This document shows, piece after piece, positions 19,062 through 23,472 of a stretch of DNA of 23,472 nucleotides; within the stretch, counting starts at the first letter, position 1; every line of letters starts with the position of its first letter. The notes under the pieces were generated by a model. The model saw only the letters and a program-made list of their open reading frames with translations, had not been told where the DNA came from and ran no database searches. The position numbers were made by a program, and so were the translations under genes. This DNA comes from Deltaproteobacteria bacterium (lineage in GTDB: Bacteria; Myxococcota; JACRCW01): positions 62,001 through 85,472 of the forward strand of contig JACRCW010000071.1 in the NCBI GenBank assembly GCA_016218805.1, given 5' to 3'.

Positions 19062-19544
19062 ATGGACGAACTGTTCGTGTTGGAGGAGGAAGCCCAGGTG
19101 GCGCAGTTTCTCGCCAACCGGGCTGAGCACGAAGTGGACGCCGGACACTGGCACGAAGCGGTGACGCTGGTGGGGCGGCTGGTGGTGCTGTGGAAGGAGG
19201 CCCTGCTTCCGCAGATGCAGCGGGTGCTGGGGCCGCGCGCCCGCCAGGACGGGATGGACCAGGAAGTCTGCCAGGTGCTGGACGCGGCCGGCCGCGTGGG
19301 CAGCCGCCTGGAGGACATGCGCCGCGCACTGGATGCCACAGACCACGGGGAGCGCACGCGCCTGGGCGCGCACCTGCTGCTGGACGAAGTGCGCGGGCAC
19401 CTGTCTGCGCTGACGCGTGGCGTGCTGCCCCGCATCTACGGCGCGTGTACGGATGATGACCTGTGGGATCTGGCGCGTGACCTGGACCGCATGGTGGATG
19501 AAATGGGCCGGTCCCGTTGGCGGGGCCTGGTGTCCCAGGCCTGA
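19062..19544 (+). CDS. Hypothetical all-helical protein, possibly degenerate hemerythrin (HHE)-like
   Basis: GGAGG RBS; two helix pairs ending WKEALLP and HLSALTRGVLP..TDDDLWDLARDL, the HHE pattern with most metal ligands missing. Confidence 0.55.
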   Translation: MDELFVLEEEAQVAQFLANRAEHEVDAGHWHEAVTLVGRLVVLWKEALLPQMQRVLGPRARQDGMDQEVCQVLDAAGRVGSRLEDMRRALDATDHGERTRLGAHLLLDEVRGHLSALTRGVLPRIYGACTDDDLWDLARDLDRMVDEMGRSRWRGLVSQA

Positions 19545-19553
19545 ACCCGCACC

Positions 19554-21038
19554 TCAGCCAATTGCGTCTTCCAGCGCTTTGCAGAACGTACGCAGGACCT
19601 TGATGCGCGCGTGGTACTTGTTGTTGGCCTCCACCAGGGTCCACGGCGCACGCTCCGTGGACGTGCGGTCGATCATGTCGCACACCGCGCGTTCGTAGTC
19701 CGGCCACTTCTTGCGGTTGCGCCAGTCCTCCTGCGTGATCTTGAAGCGCTTGAAGTCGGTGGCCTCGCGCTCCTTGAACCGCCGCAGCTGCTCCTCCTGG
19801 CTGATGGCCAGCCAGAACTTGCACACCACGTCCCCGGACTGCACCAGCTGGTCCTCAAAGTCGTTGATCTCCGTGTAGGCGCGCATCCAGTCGGATTCGG
19901 AACAGAATCCCTCCACGCGCTCCACCAGCACGCGGCCGTACCAGGACCGGTCAAAGATGGTGAACATCCCGTTGCGCGGGATGTGCCGCCAGAAACGCCA
20001 CAGGTAGGGCTGCGCGCGCTCTTCGTCCGTGGGCGCGGCAATGGGGATGACGTGGTAGCGCCGCGCGTCCAACGCCTGCGTCACGCGGCGGATGGCGCCG
20101 CCCTTGCCGGCCGCATCCTGCCCTTCAAACACCGCCACCACGGAGCGGCTGGCCAGCTTGGGATGGCGGGACAGCAGCGCCAGGCGGCCCTGCCACTTCT
20201 CCAGCTCCTTGTCGAACTCCTTCTTGGTCAGCGCCTGGTCCAGCTTCAGCGAATGCAGGATGTCCCGGTTGTCCGTCTTGTGCGGCAGCGGCGCCGCGTT
20301 GATGCGCGCCTTGTACCCGTGTTCCTCCGCCTTGAGGCGCTTGCGCATGCCGTCCACCAGCGTCTGCGCCACCGTGACCGAGCGGTAGCGCTCGTCCGAC
20401 CCCTCCACCACCAGCCACGGCGCGTGCCCCGTCGACGTGCGGCGCAGCACGTGTTCATCCACCTTGCGGAAGCGGTCATACATCTTGAAGTGCTTCCAGT
20501 CCGCGCCGGTCACCCGCCAACGCGTGTCCTTGTCCTTCTCCAGGTCCTTGAGGCGCTGCTTCTGCGCGTCCTTGGACAGGTGGAACCAGAACTTCAGGAC
20601 CAGTGCGCCGCTTTGCGCCAGCAGCTCCTCAAACCGGTTCACCGCCGCCAGCCGCGCGTCCAGCTCCTCCAGCGTGATCTGCTTGGTGGCACGCAGGACA
20701 ATGGGGTCCGTGTACCAGTTGCCAAACATGATCCCCACCTTCCCCGCCGGCGGCAGCGCGCGCCAGAAGCGCCACATGAACGGCCGCTCCAGCTCCTCGT
20801 CCGTGGGCTCGCCAAACGCGTGCGTGATGACGTGGCGCGGGTCCATCCACTCATTGAGCAGGTTCACCGTCTCGCCCTTGCCGGCGCCGTCCACGCCGTT
20901 GACCAGGATGAGCACCGGGAACTTCTTGAGCTGCAGCACGTCGTACTGGGCGTCCAGCAACTCAGCCCGCAGCTTCTTTTCGTGCTTCTTGAAGGTGGCC
21001 TTGTCCAGCTTGTGACCCAGCTCAGCAGATTCAAACAT
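19554..21038 (-). CDS. pap: Polyphosphate:AMP phosphotransferase (two-domain PPK2, class II)
   Basis: Starts MFESAELGHKLDK; two PPK2 domains with GVDGAGKG and GQDAAGKG, WRFWR twice, FDRSWYGRVLVERVEG, EDWRNRKKW. Confidence 0.93.
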   Translation of the reverse strand: MFESAELGHKLDKATFKKHEKKLRAELLDAQYDVLQLKKFPVLILVNGVDGAGKGETVNLLNEWMDPRHVITHAFGEPTDEELERPFMWRFWRALPPAGKVGIMFGNWYTDPIVLRATKQITLEELDARLAAVNRFEELLAQSGALVLKFWFHLSKDAQKQRLKDLEKDKDTRWRVTGADWKHFKMYDRFRKVDEHVLRRTSTGHAPWLVVEGSDERYRSVTVAQTLVDGMRKRLKAEEHGYKARINAAPLPHKTDNRDILHSLKLDQALTKKEFDKELEKWQGRLALLSRHPKLASRSVVAVFEGQDAAGKGGAIRRVTQALDARRYHVIPIAAPTDEERAQPYLWRFWRHIPRNGMFTIFDRSWYGRVLVERVEGFCSESDWMRAYTEINDFEDQLVQSGDVVCKFWLAISQEEQLRRFKEREATDFKRFKITQEDWRNRKKWPDYERAVCDMIDRTSTERAPWTLVEANNKYHARIKVLRTFCKALEDAIG

Positions 21039-21146
21039 GCAGGCTCCCCGTGGTTGACCGCCGCGCACTCTACCCCGCTCCGCCCCGACGGTGTTGCCAC
21101 GCGCGCCCGGCGGGGCTAGCCACGCCAAAACTGCGCGGAGGCAGCC

Positions 21147-22142
21147 ATGGAACGGGTGCAGGCGGGGCACGCCCCCATGCTGGGCAAGCGGGTGGAACTG
21201 GGACCGCCGCGGGACGGGCGCTTCAAGGGCAAGCACATCCTGTCGGTCAACCAGTTCTCGCGTGAAGACCTGGAATACGTCTTCTCCGTCGCTGAGGAGA
21301 TGCGCACGGCGGTGGAACTGGTGGGCACCTTTGACCTGCTCAAGGGCAAGGTACTGGCGTGCCTGTTCTATTCGCCCAGCACGCGGACCAGTTCTTCCTT
21401 CATTGCCGCGGTGGAGCGGCTGGGCGGCAGCGCCATCCCCATCAATGAGGTGAAGTACTCCAGCGTCTCCAAGGGCGAGAGCCTGCCGGACACCGTGCGC
21501 ACGCTGGCGGCCTACGCGGACCTCATTGTGCTGCGCCACCCGGAGACGGGCGCGGCGGCCACGGCGGCGCGCTACTCCGGCAAGCCCATCATCAACGCGG
21601 GGGACGGGCAGGGTGAGCACCCCACCCAGGCGCTGCTGGACCTGTTCACCATCCGCCACGAGCGCGGCCACGTGGACGGCCTGACCATCACGCTGCTGGG
21701 GGACCTCAAGTACGGCCGCACCGTGCACAGCCTGGCACGCCTGCTCACCAAGCATGACGTCAAGGTCCGCATGGTGAGCCCGGAGACGCTGCGGCTGCCG
21801 CGGGACGTGCTGGAGGAGGTCCGGTCACGCGGGCTGATGGTGACCGAGCACGCGTCCCTGGAGGAGGTCCTGCCGGACACGGACGTGCTGTACGTGACGC
21901 GCGTGCAGAAGGAATACTTTGATGACCAGGCGGCGTACGACGCGGTGCAGGGCTCCTACGTCATCACCGCGGACACCATGCGCCGCGCCCGCAAAGACAT
22001 GGTGCTCATGCACCCGCTGCCGCGCGTGGGGGAGATTGCCATGGAGGTGGATGACGACCCGCGGGCAGCCTACTTCCGCCAGGTGCAGTACGGGCTGTAC
22101 GTGCGCATGGCGCTCATTGCCATGGTGATGGGCCGCGCCTGA
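21147..22142 (+). CDS. pyrB: Aspartate carbamoyltransferase catalytic subunit
   Basis: [68 protein letters not shown]. Confidence 0.95.
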   Translation: MERVQAGHAPMLGKRVELGPPRDGRFKGKHILSVNQFSREDLEYVFSVAEEMRTAVELVGTFDLLKGKVLACLFYSPSTRTSSSFIAAVERLGGSAIPINEVKYSSVSKGESLPDTVRTLAAYADLIVLRHPETGAAATAARYSGKPIINAGDGQGEHPTQALLDLFTIRHERGHVDGLTITLLGDLKYGRTVHSLARLLTKHDVKVRMVSPETLRLPRDVLEEVRSRGLMVTEHASLEEVLPDTDVLYVTRVQKEYFDDQAAYDAVQGSYVITADTMRRARKDMVLMHPLPRVGEIAMEVDDDPRAAYFRQVQYGLYVRMALIAMVMGRA

Positions 22143-22181
22143 CACTGGACGCGGCGCCCCGGCGGCGCCACATTGTGCCGC

Positions 22182-22463
22182 ATGGCTGCACCGCTCCCCG
22201 CCATTCCTCCATTCAAGGACCTCTGGCCCATCCTGTTCCTGGTGCTGGTGGTGGCGGTGCACCCGGTCCCGGGCACGCTGCTGGTGCTGATGGGAATCGT
22301 GTCGCTGTGGAGCAAGCGCGCGCCCGGGCTGTGGCCGTGGCACGCCGCGTTCTGGGAGCGCATGCAGTGGACGGTCGGCGGGTCGCTGGCCATCGTGACC
22401 GTGGGCACCGCGCTGCACGTGCTGGTGGTGCGGCCCATCTTCGGGATGGTCTGGGGCGGGTGA
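22182..22463 (+). CDS. Small hypothetical membrane protein
   Basis: 93 aa with about three hydrophobic segments and GC3-rich codons. Confidence 0.55.
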   Translation: MAAPLPAIPPFKDLWPILFLVLVVAVHPVPGTLLVLMGIVSLWSKRAPGLWPWHAAFWERMQWTVGGSLAIVTVGTALHVLVVRPIFGMVWGG

Positions 22464-22537
22464 GGGCCCAAAGGCGCGCCGCCGAGCGAAAGGAAGCAAG
22501 GCAGTTGCTGGGTTGCGTTCCGGACCCGGGGGAACCG

Positions 22538-22906
22538 ATGACCGACCACGTCCTGGCGCTGTTCTGTCTGCTGTCTGTCGCCGTGTACGGATGCTCCGAG
22601 GAGGACGAGCCGCGACCGGATCCCGCGGACTACGACCAGAGTTGTGCGCAGCACGCAGACTGCGTGGCCGTCTACAACGGGTGCGGCGGATGTGATTGCC
22701 ACCCGGCGGGCGCGGTCAACGCGAGCGAATTGGTCAGATTCCAGCAAGACGACCACGACGCGCGCTGCGGGCGGCGGCCGCCGTGGGCGCCGTCCTGCAG
22801 TTGCCTGGAAGCGACAGCATGGTGCGTGGACGGCAAGTGCAAGGCCATCATCGAGGGGGTGGAGGACGCGGGCCTGCCGCAAGATGGGGACGGCGGCACG
22901 CCCTGA
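22538..22906 (+). CDS. Small Cys-rich lipoprotein
   Basis: MTDHVLALFCLLSVAVYG-C; DYDQSCAQHADCVAV..CGGCDC..AVN..AWCVDGKC. Confidence 0.7.
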   Translation: MTDHVLALFCLLSVAVYGCSEEDEPRPDPADYDQSCAQHADCVAVYNGCGGCDCHPAGAVNASELVRFQQDDHDARCGRRPPWAPSCSCLEATAWCVDGKCKAIIEGVEDAGLPQDGDGGTP

Positions 22907-23073
22907 CACTCCGCGAATGGCTGGGGGCTGGATCCAAATGACTGGCGAGATCGGTCGACAAGATGGTGCGCGGTGGCTTCTCGCCCTGTGCGGCTGGACG
23001 AGTCTGTCGACGGAAAACGCTTGGTAGCGGCGGCACCAGCGGCCGCCGCAATGCGGTCGGGTGGAGCCCCGCA

Positions 23074-23472
23074 CTACTTGATGCCGCGTTCCTTGAGCAG
23101 CCGCGCCAGTTCCTCGCGGATGAGCGTCTCGGCCAGCTCGGGCACCACTTCCCAGATGATCTTTTCAATCATCTCCCGCGTGGCCTGGGACATGGCGGGT
23201 CCCATGGCCGCCAGGCCGTCCGCACGCGCGGGCGCAGCAGCCGCCGCGACCGCGGGAGGAGGTGCCGGGGGAGGCGGCGCGGCCACCTGCGGGGGGGGCG
23301 GCGGCGGGGGCGGAGGTGGTGGTGGTGGCGGCGGTGGCGGAGGGGCTGCCGCCGGAGGGGGTGGCGGTTCCGCGTCCAGTCCCAGCCCAAACGGATCCGC
23401 CTTGGGCGCGGTGCGCGCTGCGGGAGGAGCGGGCGGGGGTGGGGGCGCTGGCGGGGTGAAGGCAGGCCGCGC
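23074..23472 (-). CDS. romR: 3' part of RomR-like polarity response regulator (Pro-rich linker plus conserved C-terminal domain); 5' end outside the window
   Basis: Frame open to the window edge: poly-Pro linker, KADPFGLG, then REMIEKIIWEVVPELAETLIREELARL, matching the RomR C-terminal WEVVPxLAE motif. Confidence 0.85.
   Translation of the reverse strand, partial: ARPAFTPPAPPPPPAPPAARTAPKADPFGLGLDAEPPPPPAAAPPPPPPPPPPPPPPPPPPQVAAPPPPAPPPAVAAAAAPARADGLAAMGPAMSQATREMIEKIIWEVVPELAETLIREELARLLKERGIK

Noticed and set aside
21039..21755. Apparent 239-aa N-terminal extension of PPK2
   Set aside because: Mostly antisense to pyrB; the family-typical start is MFESAELG at 21038.
22464..22537. GAAAGGAAGCA resembling SRP RNA helix 8
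   Set aside because: Lacks the CAGG-xCC-GNRA-GG pairing and the long enclosing stem.
23260..23460. G-rich tract as a G-quadruplex or repeat element
   Set aside because: It is the reverse complement of the poly-proline linker codons of romR.

Overview
High-GC bacterial chromosomal window, most likely Myxococcota (RomR C-terminus, a Hanks-type Ser/Thr kinase and several Cys-rich lipoproteins). In order: a three-gene phosphorelay cluster (dual histidine-kinase hybrid sensor with a -1 frameshift, single-domain receiver, REC-HK-REC hybrid); a membrane Ser/Thr kinase with TPR-like tail; a compositionally atypical two-gene cassette encoding a collagen-stalked HEXXH metalloprotease-like lipoprotein and a small partner lipoprotein; a beta-CASP metallo-beta-lactamase ribonuclease; a XylFGH-like sugar ABC transporter; enoyl-CoA hydratase; an SBBP beta-propeller lipoprotein; ADP-ribosylglycohydrolase; a GT-B-like orphan; a degenerate hemerythrin-like protein behind a sigma54-like promoter; polyphosphate:AMP phosphotransferase (PPK2); pyrB; two small hypothetical proteins; and the 3' end of romR. 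I saw no rRNA, tRNA, CRISPR array or transposase. The best candidate for an undescribed system is the collagen-protease/partner lipoprotein pair (6325-9410). Other notable signals are strong TCGA avoidance and paired E50/R234-equivalent substitutions in PyrB. All calls come from motif recognition by eye; no searches were run.
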